This document shows positions 24,417-37,324 of a stretch of 64,000 bases of DNA, one piece after another. The DNA comes from Neodothiora populina (lineage: Eukaryota): positions 868,001-932,000 of the forward strand of contig NW_027191405.1 of the NCBI RefSeq assembly GCF_041146345.1. The letters are read 5' to 3'. How positions within the stretch are numbered: position 1 is the first letter of the stretch; each line of letters begins with the position of its first letter. The position numbers and the translations under genes were made by a program. A model generated the notes under the pieces. The model searched no databases. It was not told the DNA's origin and worked only from the letters and a program-made list of their open reading frames with translations.

Positions 24417-27400
24417 TGCCGCTTCCGCTGCTAGCGGTAGATCGCGCTGGCGCCATCAGTCCCGCGATTTTGGCTCCGTTGGAACCATCTTGGCCTTCTC
24501 CGTTGCTCGTTGCATCCCCTTTCAGGTCACTTTCGACCACACAAGTAATTGTCATACCTGGGTTTTAGAGTTGGCTTGGCTTCCGCCTCGACTTGCTCGT
24601 GGCCCTTGACAATTCCTTTAATCGCCCTACAAGACGATTTAGTGTACTTTACTTATGGGTCTGGTCCCCTCGAGTAAAACCCCCCTCCCAAACTCCCCAA
24701 ATAACTGCAATCACAACCGCCGGCGTCTCGCCTCGGCCGGCCATAAGCATAGTATTTAATATGCCAACGCTTCACCGGCAATTATTCATTGTGGCCCTCC
24801 ACTGCCATTTATGCGCGCGTCCAATAGCCGCGCCTAGGCATTCTCGCCAGTTCAATATGTTGGCATCTGTGCATCTATTGATATAGTGCAATTTGCGGGT
24901 ACTCAATGTAGATCGATTGGACCCGAGAGTACAAACATGTCGCGACACAGATTGTTCGGCTAAGAGGGAAGAACACCGGCGTCGAAGAGTACTTGCAACA
25001 ACTGTGTATCACCATTCTGATACTGGCGCTAGCTTTCGCGATACGCAATCTGAGTTGTGTTTTCGTATTTGACTTGGGGTTTGACACTTGTCAGGCATGG
25101 ATCAAGCGTCGTACTGTTCGCACGCAAAAATGACGATGTTCGGATTCTTCTAACATGGTCTCGCAACACCGAAACCGCCGAGATCCGATTCGACATGATT
25201 CATGTCTAGGCGATTACATGAATGTACTTGTACTTCAATGCTAGGGCCGATCTTTAGACGACTCAACGTCTCATCGATATCTCTGATCCCAGGCAAATGG
25301 TAAGCAATACACGCCGTTCCGGAAACTGATTTGCCCGGATCAGTTGAGGGTTCTACTGTATCAGTGCATAGTGCATATGCCCATAAATCCTCGCAGTCAA
25401 TATCGAGTGCACTCGATCTGAGCGAACTCTCCCTTGGCATGTCGTATGCTGTCCTAACCGCATGCCCGAAAAATTGTACTTGTTTATGGGCATGGATCTC
25501 CTACCCACTGACTCACATTCTAAAATAGGCCTGCCTCTCATAATAGGATCAGCCGTAACATGGCCCAGGATCTTCGCTTCTTTTTACTGGGTATCCTCTG
25601 ATGCGTGCACATCAACGGAAATATTCCTTCCAAAATCGTTGCCTTCGCCTTTGCTGCAGCCCTGCATTGATGAAGCTAAATTGATATCGACTCAAGTACA
25701 TACAAGATGCAGATCGCCAACAGCACCAAATTTACCGCTGATATCCGATACCCCAAATAATTAAACCACAAAAGTCATTCCCATCCCTTTCATCATCTAC
25801 GAGATTGCTAGTCCCTGTTGCTCGTGATTTCTCCAAAGAGATTTTATTACCACTACATTTCGCAGAACACTGATTGCCCTCGATACGGCCAGTGATCTGG
25901 ACTGGACTTGGGGAGTGTCTTTACCCCCTGGCAACAATGCGTTCTCCGCAAATCCCACCCACCCACTGTAGGAAACATCACGCAGCTGTGCAGCGGCGTG
26001 ACTTTATTTAGCTGACTCGGATCATCATGCACATGCTTCACGCCCCAAAGTAGGCATTCTCCACATGAATCTGTCACGGCGTATTCATGCGCCCGTTGGT
26101 GAGGGTCTGGCCAATGTGCTGTTACTCCTGTTGATACCACACGTTGCATTTGGCTGATGGAAGGCGTCTTGGCCTCAATCTAATGAGGCTCCGCTGTATC
26201 CTTGCAACTGAAGACTGGAAAGGCAAGGGCTGATTCACCCAGCATTTTGGCGAATGTTGGTCCGAGACTTGTTCTATCGCTGTCGCTGCTCTCGGCTGCT
26301 GGACTCCGAAGTCTTTCTGGGGCATTGTCATTATCATTGACATCGAGCTTGTTCTCCCTACCTCGAAACTTGAGGCTTCTCATCATCTTCAATGTAAGCA
26401 TCATGTTTGACAGCGATTTTAATCTATCAGGACTCGTCGGTCATCCACCGCTTCCACCAAGTACAGTACAGCGCTGTCTGGACTGATCACGATGGATGTG
26501 TCACACTCGGCATCTCTGTTTTACCGGACCGACCACAAAAACATGAAACATACGTTGCAGCTCAGTCCGCACCAACAACACACGAGCGGGACCCGAGAAG
26601 ATCTTGCATATTTCAGCCCAACTAGAGTCAGGCTGAAGGAGCAGTCCTCTGTGACGTGCTGGTCTCTCTCATCATTGGTCTTGTGTTAGTACATGCTACC
26701 TCGGCAAGTCTAGATATCATGTTGAGGACCATTGCATTATTGCGCGAGCAAATACAAATGCGACCACGTTGATGGAAGCTTTGATCACGCTGTCGCTCGG
26801 CTTAACGACGACTGACATGCGTGCTTATCATGGTCTATTGTGTCCTTTCACACGAGGGCACAGTATGTGATACGAGGGAACAATCTATGTAATATATGCG
26901 GCAGCATATTACCCGCATTTTTCATATCACCTTACCATAAGACTGGAGAGCACAATGACTCAACACAATGATCAACTAGGTGTGAGCAGCGGTGGCTACC
27001 GCACGTACTGTAACAGATACGAGTAGGTTTGGATATGGTAGGCGTAATTTGCGGTCAATGACTCTTAAGACCTCAGTCCAAGCGACGTCTCGCCAGCTAT
27101 AACATGGTATACCGCTCAAAGACCTGATCTACCAAGCGCGATCAAGCTCAGCAGCACCTGAGATATGGCGTGAATGCTTACTTCGATCCGCCACAAAGTA
27201 AGAATCTCATTCGTAGGGCTAGCGGTTGGTTCGTTACCATATTGCGTGCTGTGGGGGTTCGGCAGTAAGCCACGCTTTCATCTATCTGGCGAAGTGGGAC
27301 TTCGCTCTGTATACTCGAGGAGGAATGCACCAAAGGTCAGTGAGATGTGAGACGGTCGGCAACAAGGTATCGTTGCAATACCGTTAGCCCGAATCTCAAG

Positions 27401-28887
27401 GATAGCTTCCCAATATGTCGCGACCAACACCGACTTGGTACCGAAGGACCAATATTGAACATGCATTTGTTACAGACCGCGGTGGAAGCTACCCAGGGTA
27501 GACCGGCTAGATTTACTCTCCCAAGGATCGGTAGTGCTAGATGTGGAGTCGCCTGCGAATGTGTCCGCTATTCGCTTTGAGAGGAGTGGAACGAATGACC
27601 ACAAGTGACCGCAAGTGTCATTGAACACTCGCTTGCGTCCGGCCTAGACACCGAGATCTACTGCAGTACAAGTACAGGTCGGCTTGCTTGCTATGTTGCT
27701 TGTCCGAATACTCACCGTATCCCGGGACTAAAAGGTAAATCACATATCGTCAAACATGTGGCGGATAAACTAGCCTCCCTTGCAGAAAAATGTAGATCAG
27801 CGAAGGTTTTTCTTTCGCGTGTTGAAAGCGGTGTGTTGAACCCAAACTCTCGATTGTTATGACGATGAGACATTGTCCTCCATGCTCCCTACGATCAACA
27901 ACTGTATGCTATGTTATTCGACATATTGTTACCGTTTCCCGGATATGGAAGGCAGCGATGACCCTGTCGTCGGATATGGGCGGGTTGATCAATACTCCTC
28001 CCACGTGTCGACTGAAACCCGGATCGGTATGTCGATGCGACATGCATGCGTTTCGTTCGCTTTTAGCTTCCTATGAGAGTTTGCTGCCTAGTGTCGAGCC
28101 TTCTATTTCAGTAGAAGAGCTGGCTAAGATCACTTTCTCTACGACTAAAGACGAGCGAGTCGGAAGACGTTCATGTGCGAAAACCCTTCTGGCTCGCTGC
28201 CGAAGATCAATTGAAATAGTAATGCTGCGGTGGCTTTCCGTGCCGAATGTGCTACGCTGCACTGTTCCGCTGTTTTCGGATTCCGTATTGTAGCATCTAA
28301 CCTACGTCAGCTCCCAGGCACACCTACACTTGTCCATACTTTTCGCCCTCGCGCGCTCTTTCTTCGTTTAGTAATGTGAAAAGGAACCACTGATACTCCC
28401 GTCTGTTGATCTCATTCTTGATTGTGTTTTTTATTCTGTAGGACGGTAAAGCAGACGCCTTTCCGTGGTGATCCTGCACACCCGAGCTCGTGCCTATTCT
28501 GTCTCTGGTTTGCATCGAGCATCACTTGGATTGACACCTCGGTCCGACATTGACATATCCAGTGCTTCTATAGCTTCTGCTCTCAGCACCGCGAAGCATC
28601 AGATCCCTGGCTTTGAGACACAGTCTCATATCGGAACAAAGACCTGAGCATCAGATGTAACAAATTTCCCCCACCCTCACCATTGCATCGCACAGGGTCG
28701 GACACAGATCCCGACAATATAGCATCTGACATCATTGCGTTTTTCTAATCAACTTGATACTTTATTCTTCGGTCCATTGTTGACAGGTCCGCATTCATAG
28801 CGAACACTACAGCTCTATAGTCCAACCCCAGGCGGAACAGGAAACGAACTTCTTCATCCCTGAGCAGGACGAGATATAGTAGGCAGG

Positions 28888-29658
28888 ATGCCTATCCGTC
28901 AAGCCACATGGAGGGATCTTCCCCTGGCGGCCCAAGTAGCAGCATCCGCGTTCTGGGATGAAGACCTCCTGGGACCCTTCATGCATCCTCACCGCAAGAC
29001 ATACCCATCGGACATGGCTCTATGGTTCATGCGACAACTGAGAAAAGACTTCTTCAATCCCTGCTGCACGATTTTATTGTCCCACCCTGCGTCCTCACCT
29101 GTCACAATAACCGGTGTGGCGGTGTGGGGCCGCAAAGGTCCCCAGGGCACTCAGGAACTGAGAGCTCAACAATCATGGCTCAGCTGGTTCTGCGGAAAGT
29201 TCTTCGTTCCGCTGCTCAACTGGGTCGATGAACGCGTCCGGCCCAACCGCGCCGCAGACCCTGCGAGAGCGGATGTCTTGGAGCGCAGCTTCACTTTCAT
29301 CGCGCATCACTGGCTCTCTCCACCTCACAGGATCGAGAACTGGTATTTGCAGCTTCTGGCCGCGTCTCCTGCGCACCAGGGCAAAGGCTATGGCAAAGAA
29401 CTGGTCACGTGGGGTGTGCAAAGGGCTGAACGGGAGAACTTGACGGTCAGCTTGATCTCAGCGGCTGGAAAGGAGGGGTTCTACCGTCGATGTGGTTTCG
29501 GAGAGCCTGTGGGCTGGGCTAGTGAGGGTGGAGAGGAGAACCCGATTCATAAGGTTCCTGGAGGCGCTATTATGTGGGTCGAACCGAGCGCTACCGGGGT
29601 TGACGAGAAGGATGAGGGGAGAGTGCTCGAGGTTTCCGAGGTTCCAGAGCACAAGTGA
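28888..29658 (+). CDS. GNAT-family N-acetyltransferase
   Basis: MPIRQAT...AFWDEDLLGPFMHPHR; WYLQLLAASPAHQGKGYGKELV (acetyl-CoA motif A); SAAGKEGFYRRCGF. Confidence 0.9.
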   Translation: MPIRQATWRDLPLAAQVAASAFWDEDLLGPFMHPHRKTYPSDMALWFMRQLRKDFFNPCCTILLSHPASSPVTITGVAVWGRKGPQGTQELRAQQSWLSWFCGKFFVPLLNWVDERVRPNRAADPARADVLERSFTFIAHHWLSPPHRIENWYLQLLAASPAHQGKGYGKELVTWGVQRAERENLTVSLISAAGKEGFYRRCGFGEPVGWASEGGEENPIHKVPGGAIMWVEPSATGVDEKDEGRVLEVSEVPEHK

Positions 29659-30709
29659 ACTGAGGATGAGTGAAAAGTAGCCCATGTCCTTGGGATCCGA
29701 AGACGAAGTAAAAGCCCAAAGGAGCGAAGTGCCTCTGAGTTAGAGGTAGGAGAAAAGAAACTCTACCCTCATCCACGTGGAGAGACAAAACATCCAAAGC
29801 TAAAGGGATGCTTCTGGAAGGATGAATGAGAAACAACCTACCCCTTTTCCAGTCTCTATTTCTCAAGCAAGCCAGCGATAGCAACAACGACAACAACATC
29901 CAGACTCAAGCCGACGACCCCTCTCTGAATCTCTCAACTGTCAAAGCTTCTCGACAAGCAACAAGTCAGACGGGCCCGGAGCGAGCAACAACAATCCGCA
30001 AAAAGCGACTGTGTACAAGACGCACCCGCAGGAAGTCCATCATTATCCAGACGAAAACGAACCGCAAGTTCCTCGACAACCAACCAAGAACACGAAATAG
30101 ACATGAAAGAATGGACCGCAAGATCGTTAACCCTCCAATTAATGATCCGCGAAGAAAAAAGATTACCGCACGCAAGTATGATCTACAAGACACCAGCCCA
30201 TAGACAATGATGTCTAGAGACACAGCTCACAGGACATGCGGAGCGGGAGCAGAATGTATCATGGACACAATGTACGCATGATATCCACTCCGTTCGGTCT
30301 TGCATTGGCCTGAAGCTACACAGCTACTGTGTTCACACAGGTCACAGATACGGCTTTTGTAACATGACCATGGTTTGTGAAAAGGTGGGTAGATGAGGAT
30401 GTACTAGTCGGTTAGTCGAGTATTTACTCGTTGTGATTGAGATATAGGGGAGGGAGGGAGGGTAGTATTTAGATTAACGAGCCAATAGAGTTATAGACAA
30501 ATAGAGGAAGCGAGAGTTCCGATGGTTTTTCTCTCTTACTACCCGTTTTTCTCTGTTTCCACCTGGCTAGTGAGCGTCAAAATCTTCTGACTTAGTCTCA
30601 ATACGCGAACTAAAAGGATAGAAGACGAAGAAACAAGAACGAACATCTCCTCGTGAAGCTAACGAATCGTACAGGAATCTATGTATACAACGACGGCGAC
30701 CACCTATGT

Positions 30710-33700
30710 CTACTTGGCCATAACATCGACATATCTCCCACCCCTCTTGTTCTTCTTGGCCGCGGCACCACTCTTCCTCGGCGCCGGCGCACCGAGTAAG
30801 TCATCGATACTGCTGGCGTTGCTCATGCTGGTCGGTGGTCTGCTGGGGGGACCAGATGCCAGACCGGGCGGTACAGCGCTCGCTACGCCGCCCGGGCCGG
30901 GGGGCGTCATGGGTGTTCCGACTCCGTTGCCGCCGGGGACGAATGGGCCGGGGGTTCCAGAGCCGGGCGTGCCTGTTCTGCTGGGTGGGCCTGAGGCGGG
31001 GGATCCAGTGACGCCTAGACCTATGGGAGGAGTGCCTGATGGAGGACCTCCGATTGCACTGGGCGCTCTGCTAGGGGGTCCAGAAGGAGGAGGAGCCGAC
31101 AGGCCGCTTGGGCCGCGAGACGCTGCTCTTGGAGGAGGGGGCGTGGGCGCGCTGGCTTCGGGTGTCGCGCCGCCCTTCTTGTTGACCCATTTCTTCAGAT
31201 CTGGGTCGTAGTAGAAGCTGTTTTGCTCGCCGAGCTTGGCGCGGATGGGCTTGTTGCCGCTTTGTTGTTGGTCGAGACTGCCGCTTTCGCCCTTTTTGAA
31301 CCACCCGCCGAACCAGCCTTTCTTGCCTGTCTGAGATGACGGACTGTCGCGTTTGGCGTCGGCTTCGGCGGCGGCGCGGAAAGCTTCATCGGCGGCGCGA
31401 TCGGCGTCGCGCTTTTGTTGTTCTTTCAGTGCTGCAGCGCGTGCGATCATGTCATCGTCGTCATCGTCCAAGTCCATGATACTCTTCTTCTTCGGTTTCG
31501 AGGCTTCCTCTGTACCAGGCTGGTCCTCTGGGTCAGCTTCGGGCTCGTAGGGCTGATAAGTCGATGGGGGCTCGTAAGACGACGTTGGCGGCTCAAAGGA
31601 CGATGTTGGGGGCTCGAAAGTGCTTGAAGGAGGCTCGTAGGATGTCGTCAGGGCATACGACGTTGTAGGTGGAGCGTACGAATTCGCTGCGTTGTAAGAT
31701 GGCTTTCCACCCTCTGGATCGTCCGTGGATTCTTCGTGTGGGGGTTCGTGAGACGTTGATGGTGGCTCGTAGGACTGAGTGGACGGCTCAAAAGGTGATC
31801 TTGACGGCTCATAGTTAAAGTGCGAAGGTGGCTCGTATGACATTGACGGCTCGTAGCTTCGGGTTCGCTCATTAGACTGCGTATGCGCCTGAGGCAAACC
31901 GCTTTCGTAGGCCGAGTCATCTGGGGTCTCAATGCTTTCTACGATGCTCTCTTGCACATGCGGGGTGTATGCTTCGCCGCTATATGGCGACGAGATGTGT
32001 CCGTCGGAGTGGTGAGTGAAGGAATGGCCTTGCTCGAGTGGAGGTCGTGGTGAATAGCGCGATTTGTCAATGCTGGGGCGAGGGGATTCACGTCCAGATT
32101 GCACCGACTCTCGCCTCGAAGGCGGCTGACTGTATTGTACTCGATAATCCGACACCGCGCGCGTCGCTTCGGGCCTGGGCACGCCCAATTGCTGGCTGAG
32201 CAGAGACTCCGCGGGCTGCTGGATTTGTGGCAAATATGCACCGAAAGGCGTGCTGCTAGATCGCTGTTGCGGTGGTTGCGGCTGTAGCCCAGTGTACATG
32301 GAGTAGCTAGAGCCTGGTCTTTCGGACAGTTCCGGCCGTGTAGACTCTACAGATGTTCTAGGGCTATAAGTGCCGCCTGACTGAGGTGCGTATCGGCCCG
32401 ACGAGTGGTGCTCAGGGGTCATCTTGGAGACAGCTGCGTTTATTGGCGCATACCTGCTCGGCGCTGAGGTCCCCATCACGGATGGCGGAGGGATGTTGCC
32501 ATTCGTCGACATGGCGCCGTATAGGTCTGCTAGGGAGCCCTGACGACTGATAGTTGGGGTATCGCCGCTGACCTGACCGAACGGCCCAGCAGCTTGTCCG
32601 GGATCTGCACCAGTGCCATTGGCAGATGCAGCCTGGTCGTCCTCGTCGCCGGCCACGAACGTGTTGAAACGCTTCCACATACTGCCAGATACCTTGTCCA
32701 TGGACGGCTTAGGAATCCAGGAAGAGCCGCTGGGCTGCGGTGCCGCCGACAAGCACCGGTTAAGGTCTTCCACCTGGCTCAAGAGAGATGCGTGATAGTA
32801 GGGCGAGGCTCGCGTAGACGACTTGACAGCTGAGCTAATCGCTTCGCAGTACGATTGCGCTTCGCTTCGCAAACCATGCTCTGCAAGGGTGAAGGCGTGG
32901 TGCAGCTTGTATGCTTGTAAGTGCGGCACAACAGGTGAAACCCCTGAAACGGGAGCGATCGACAGAATGTACTCATAGATCTCGGTGAGCAGGATAGAGT
33001 CGAGGTCGATCGCAAGGCCGTGTGGCTGGTTTTGATGATCCGCGCCCAGCAGCACAAAGTCTGATGCGACGTCGTCTGCACCTCCCCACTTGATAGAGCT
33101 ACGCGCGAACAAGAAGCAAGTGTGAGCCGCCTCGACTCGTCCGTACTTGGCCAGCAGTCTACCAAGAGCAGCTATTGCCTGTATGTCATTGGTGCTGCGA
33201 TTATTGACAATAAGGCTCAGAGTCTCCCGCCATTGATCGAGCCCATCTAGTGGATTTTTGCCGCTCGAGCCAGACTTGCTGATCATCTGGAAACCAGCGC
33301 GAGCAGAAGGCGGAACAAGTTCATCGATGCTCTCGTCCCAATTACCGGCGAATACCTCGTACAATGCAGCAAGAGACTGAGCTTTCTCACCAGCATCCTT
33401 TACCTGCGCCCTCACAAACTCTTGCACAACTTGCTTCCACAGATCAGGACCGCCGACGGAGGCGATGAGCAGGGCATGAGACCAGAGACGTTGTTCAGCT
33501 GCATACCAGACAGCGTCCTCACGTTTGCCTTCGAGAAGACGCTTGCGAATCTGAGCCAGAGCCCCAGCGCTGACAGGCTCGGGCTGCAATGTGGTTTCTG
33601 AACCATTAATATCCAAAGCATCCTCTGATTGAGCGAGCTCTGGTAGCAGTATTCTACGAGCTTCTACTTCAGCAGGCGCATTGCCCTCGACCTTGTTGTC

Positions 33701-36700
33701 ATGCTCCAAGAAAAGTTTTGTCATCTTCCAGAGAGTAACCTTCTCCTCGATGCGTCGTTTCAACTCCTGGGGAGTTCCGAAGTCCAGAAGTGCTTCTTCA
33801 TGGATCTTGGTCAGATCTTCTACTTTACCGGTGAGCCAGGCGAGTAGCTCCTTCTTCTTTCCTTTGCCCTTGAGATTGAAGGGTCCCGGGAATTTTGCAT
33901 TACGATCCTCCATTGGGAAAGTGACTTTGCTGTCATGAATCGTGATTGCGCCAGGAGTACACTTGATGGTCGGTATCGCATGTCCTGCAGCATAGAAGGG
34001 CGCCTGCTTGGGGAAGCTTGTGACCAGTGCGCCACTGGGACTCCACCTCAGAATCGGGCACCCTTTCCATCTCTCGAGTCCGTCGGCTGCACGCTCATCA
34101 TGTGGCACATTATAGCTAAGGTCAGCCGAAAACTGCCTACGCGCAGGGTGCAGTGTGCGTCTGGTGTCTTGTTGATGCACCATGGTCGGTGAAGTAGGGG
34201 CAGCCGCTGATGTGGGACGATCCATCTGGGTCATGGTCCTCAAAGGAGCTTTCATGACCGCGCCTGGAGACTGCGTACGTGGCCTTCGGGGGGGGGTGAA
34301 TTGGTCGTAAGGGGGTGCTGCAGTATCAACAGGAGTGAAAGGCTGGGATCGACGTGAATTTGGAGACTCGGGGATGGAGGGAGCGTAAGGGCTAGCACGC
34401 GGCGGGGAGGCTACAAATCCATGATGTTCCTCTTGGGTTGTTGAGGGTGCATATGACCTTGAGTGGACTTGATGCAAAGGTGCACCATGTTCCACCTGTT
34501 CACTTCCGCGCCTCGAAGGAGGGCCTTCTCTCACAGGAGGTGTCGCGGCTGCGACGTGACCTGGATGCGGCTGGTATGACAATGAACGAGCTGGCAGCGT
34601 CATCGCCTCGGACTGTGGCTTGTCTGCGTAAGCAAGCGGGCTCGACGTTCTCGGCGCGAACGGCTGTCCAGGCCGTGGACCATGTGGAGCGGCAGCGTGT
34701 TTATTCTGCGCTGCAGCGGCAGGGTGGCTGGGAGGAGCTGGGGAGTAGCGCGAGGGCACAGCAGGAGCAGACGGCGGTGCTGGCGAGTATCGCGCAGCAG
34801 GGGCTGGCGGAGCCGCGAGAGTCCCAGCAGGCGCGGGCATCACTGCTGGAGAGTACCGAGAAGTTGCGGGAGGAGCATGCTGAGAAGGCTGCGACTGGTC
34901 GGGCACCGTAGCAGGTTGATCTGGCAGCAGAGGCAAACGGTCTGGGCGCTGGAGTCCTCCGAACATCCGAGGAGAAGTGCTGGCGGGAGGCGGCGCCATA
35001 GGAGGAGGCATAGTCCCGGCGCGCACGGGTGCAACTGGTGGTAGTGGTGGAGAAGCCATCGAGACCGCAGGGCCGGGAGTGTAGGTAGCAGAGGGTCGGG
35101 AACGAGCCTTTGGTATGACGGGTAAGTCGGCGAAGAAACCACTGGACAGGTCTTTCTTGTCGGATGTTGTCGTCGACGGGCGAGGCGGGGCCTGGGTCTG
35201 GGCCGCAAAAGGCTGGCCCGACATAGGAGGAGACGGGGTCGCCATGGAAGCCATGGTACTACTCCGGGCAGGGGGAGGAGGTGGAGGGGCGGTGGTTGCA
35301 GCCATACTGCTACTTCGTGGAGGGAGCGCATTTGGCAGAACGACGGGGGCAGCAGCTGGTCTCGCAGGTCGTGGACGTGATTTCACAATGTCTTCGGGTA
35401 GATCGTAGGGTGAGGCGTAGCCACCTTTGGATTTGTCCACGAAGCTCTGGGCGGAGTTTGGACCGGCGGGCCTCTGCTGTGGTTGTATGGGCTGCTGCAC
35501 GGCGGCATAGGGAGTCTGAGCGTACCCTCCGTAGGCGGCAGGTGCAGCAGCTGCAATATTAGGTGTCCTAGAGGAAGTAAAGAAATCGGGATTGTTCAGA
35601 GGATTCGGGATGCGCTGTCGGGGCTGTTCCTGCACCAGGGGGGCGTATCGGTCGGCAGCGGAGGTAGAGGCGGCAGCAGAGGCGTGGCCTGCTGCAGTAA
35701 AGCCTTGTGTTTGACCTTGTGAGTCTACCACTGGCACAGGCTGTGTTGGACTCATGGCAGTCTGCTGAGGAAAATCGGCATCATCGAGGAAGCCCTCGCC
35801 GTCGTCGGCGAAGAAGGCAGCTGGATCGACCGCATTGGAATCGTCCAGAAACTCGTCGTCAGCAAGAGCGGCACTCCACAACGCAGCGAGATCGTCTTCC
35901 TGCGTCTTGGCTGGCTCTGTGTCGTTTCCGACCGCAGCAGCACCATCGGCAGCAACAGCAGTATCGGTAGCAGCAGCAGAATCCGCGGCCTCGGCCATCT
36001 CTTTCAAGACGGCGTCGACGGCAGTAGCTTGTGATGCAGCGACAGGTCCATCTTCGACGACCGACAGCCGATGTGGAGATGGATTATAGGTGTGGTCTAT
36101 GGGTTGACGCGGCTGCTGCTGCTGTTGTTGTTGATGGTGTTGCGATGCGAGGGCCTCGAAAGTGTCATCGGCTTCTGCATCGTCCCAAAAGGCACTGGAG
36201 GCTTCTTGCTCTGGCGCAGTCTGCGATGATGGCTCTACTTGCTCCGGCTCTTTCTGCTCTGGCTCTTTCTGCTCTGGCTCCTTCTGCTCTGGCTCCTTCT
36301 GCTCTGGCTCCTCCTGCTCTGGCTGCTCCTGCTCCGGTTCGGTAGGGAAGGGCGCACTAGATGGGGCTTGTTCTGACTCTTCCTCTTCAAAAAACGGGAC
36401 GCTCTGTTCAGGCAGGATGCTCGGCTGTGACTCTTCTTCATCGTCGAAAGGCGCGCTGAAGAGCTGTTGCTCAGACTCGGACTGTTGAGAAGGCTGTTGC
36501 TCGTCTTCGACGAAGAATGGGAGGTCTGACGTGGCGGAGGCTTGCTGTGCCTCGTCGAAGAAAGGTGCGTCCCCGGAAGCCAGCGCCTCTGTAGCTTGAT
36601 CAGCATCAAGGATAGTATTAGACTCTCTGCCTACCAGGCCGAAAGCTTCTTCGATATCTTGAGCATCAGCCTCTACCGGTTCATTGTCAGGCGCAAGCGG

Positions 36701-37031
36701 AGCCTGGATTGACTCGACGAGAGCTTCGACAGGATCCTGGCGTGGCGCATCTTGTTGTGGCGGAGTAGGCAGCTCCTCTGCGGTGGGCATGACCTCTTTG
36801 TCATCGAGCAGAGGCGCACTGGCGCTCTCGTCGACGGCGTCGTCGGCGACAGTGCTCTCGCCCTGGTACTCGTACTCGGTGCCTGCACCCTGCTCCAGCT
36901 CTTGGTCTTGCTCTGGAACTTGCTCGCGCACTTGTTCGTGCTCTTGAAGCTCTTCCTCGCCGGGAGGCTGAGCGTCTTCAATGTCTGCCGATGGTTCACG
37001 CGTCGGGTCCGGGTTATCTGTGTCTAAAGGC

Positions 37032-37080
<49 letters not shown>

Positions 37081-37324
37081 CGGGGTCGGACTCGGCGGGT
37101 TCATCGTGTTCTGTAGGGGATGCAGGTCCCGAGGGCTCCAGATGATGCGAGACAGTCTCGGTGTGCTCTATCGGTATGGAAGAGGCGACGGGCGCGGCTT
37201 CTATGACTTCTTCTGGAACCATGGCAGGTGGCTCGTCCTGAGCCCGCACGTCGGCGATCAGGCTATCTGGGCGAAGTGCGGGATTCCAAGATGCACCATC
37301 CGAGGCAAACTCGTGCGCACTCAT
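30710..37324 (-). CDS. SEC16: COPII coat assembly protein Sec16 (single coding exon, about 2200 aa)
   Basis: N-terminal WNPALRPD; SFVDKSKGGYASPYDLP; central conserved domain (LWSHALLIAS...AGNWDESIDELVPPSARAG...LTEIYEY...HLQAYKL); C-terminal PIRAKLGEQNSFYYDPDLKKWVNK and RYVDVM. The ATG at 37378 lies within a probable 5'UTR intron (37361-37423). Confidence 0.95.
36241..36335 (-). repeat. 15-bp tandem repeat encoding EQ(K/E)(E)P units in the Sec16 N-terminus
   Basis: About 6 copies of ctctggctc(t/c)ttctg on +; protein PEQEQPEQEEPEQKEPEQKEPEQKEPEQKEPEQ. Confidence 0.9.
37031..37078 (-). repeat. (CAA)15-CAG microsatellite encoding a 16-Gln tract in Sec16
   Basis: ctg(ttg)15 on + strand. Confidence 0.95.

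Noticed and set aside
28888..29658. GNAT as the split partner of the stand-alone Ngs1-like domain at 13080
   Set aside because: 15 kb apart with unrelated genes between, and it looks like a common stand-alone fungal GNAT type
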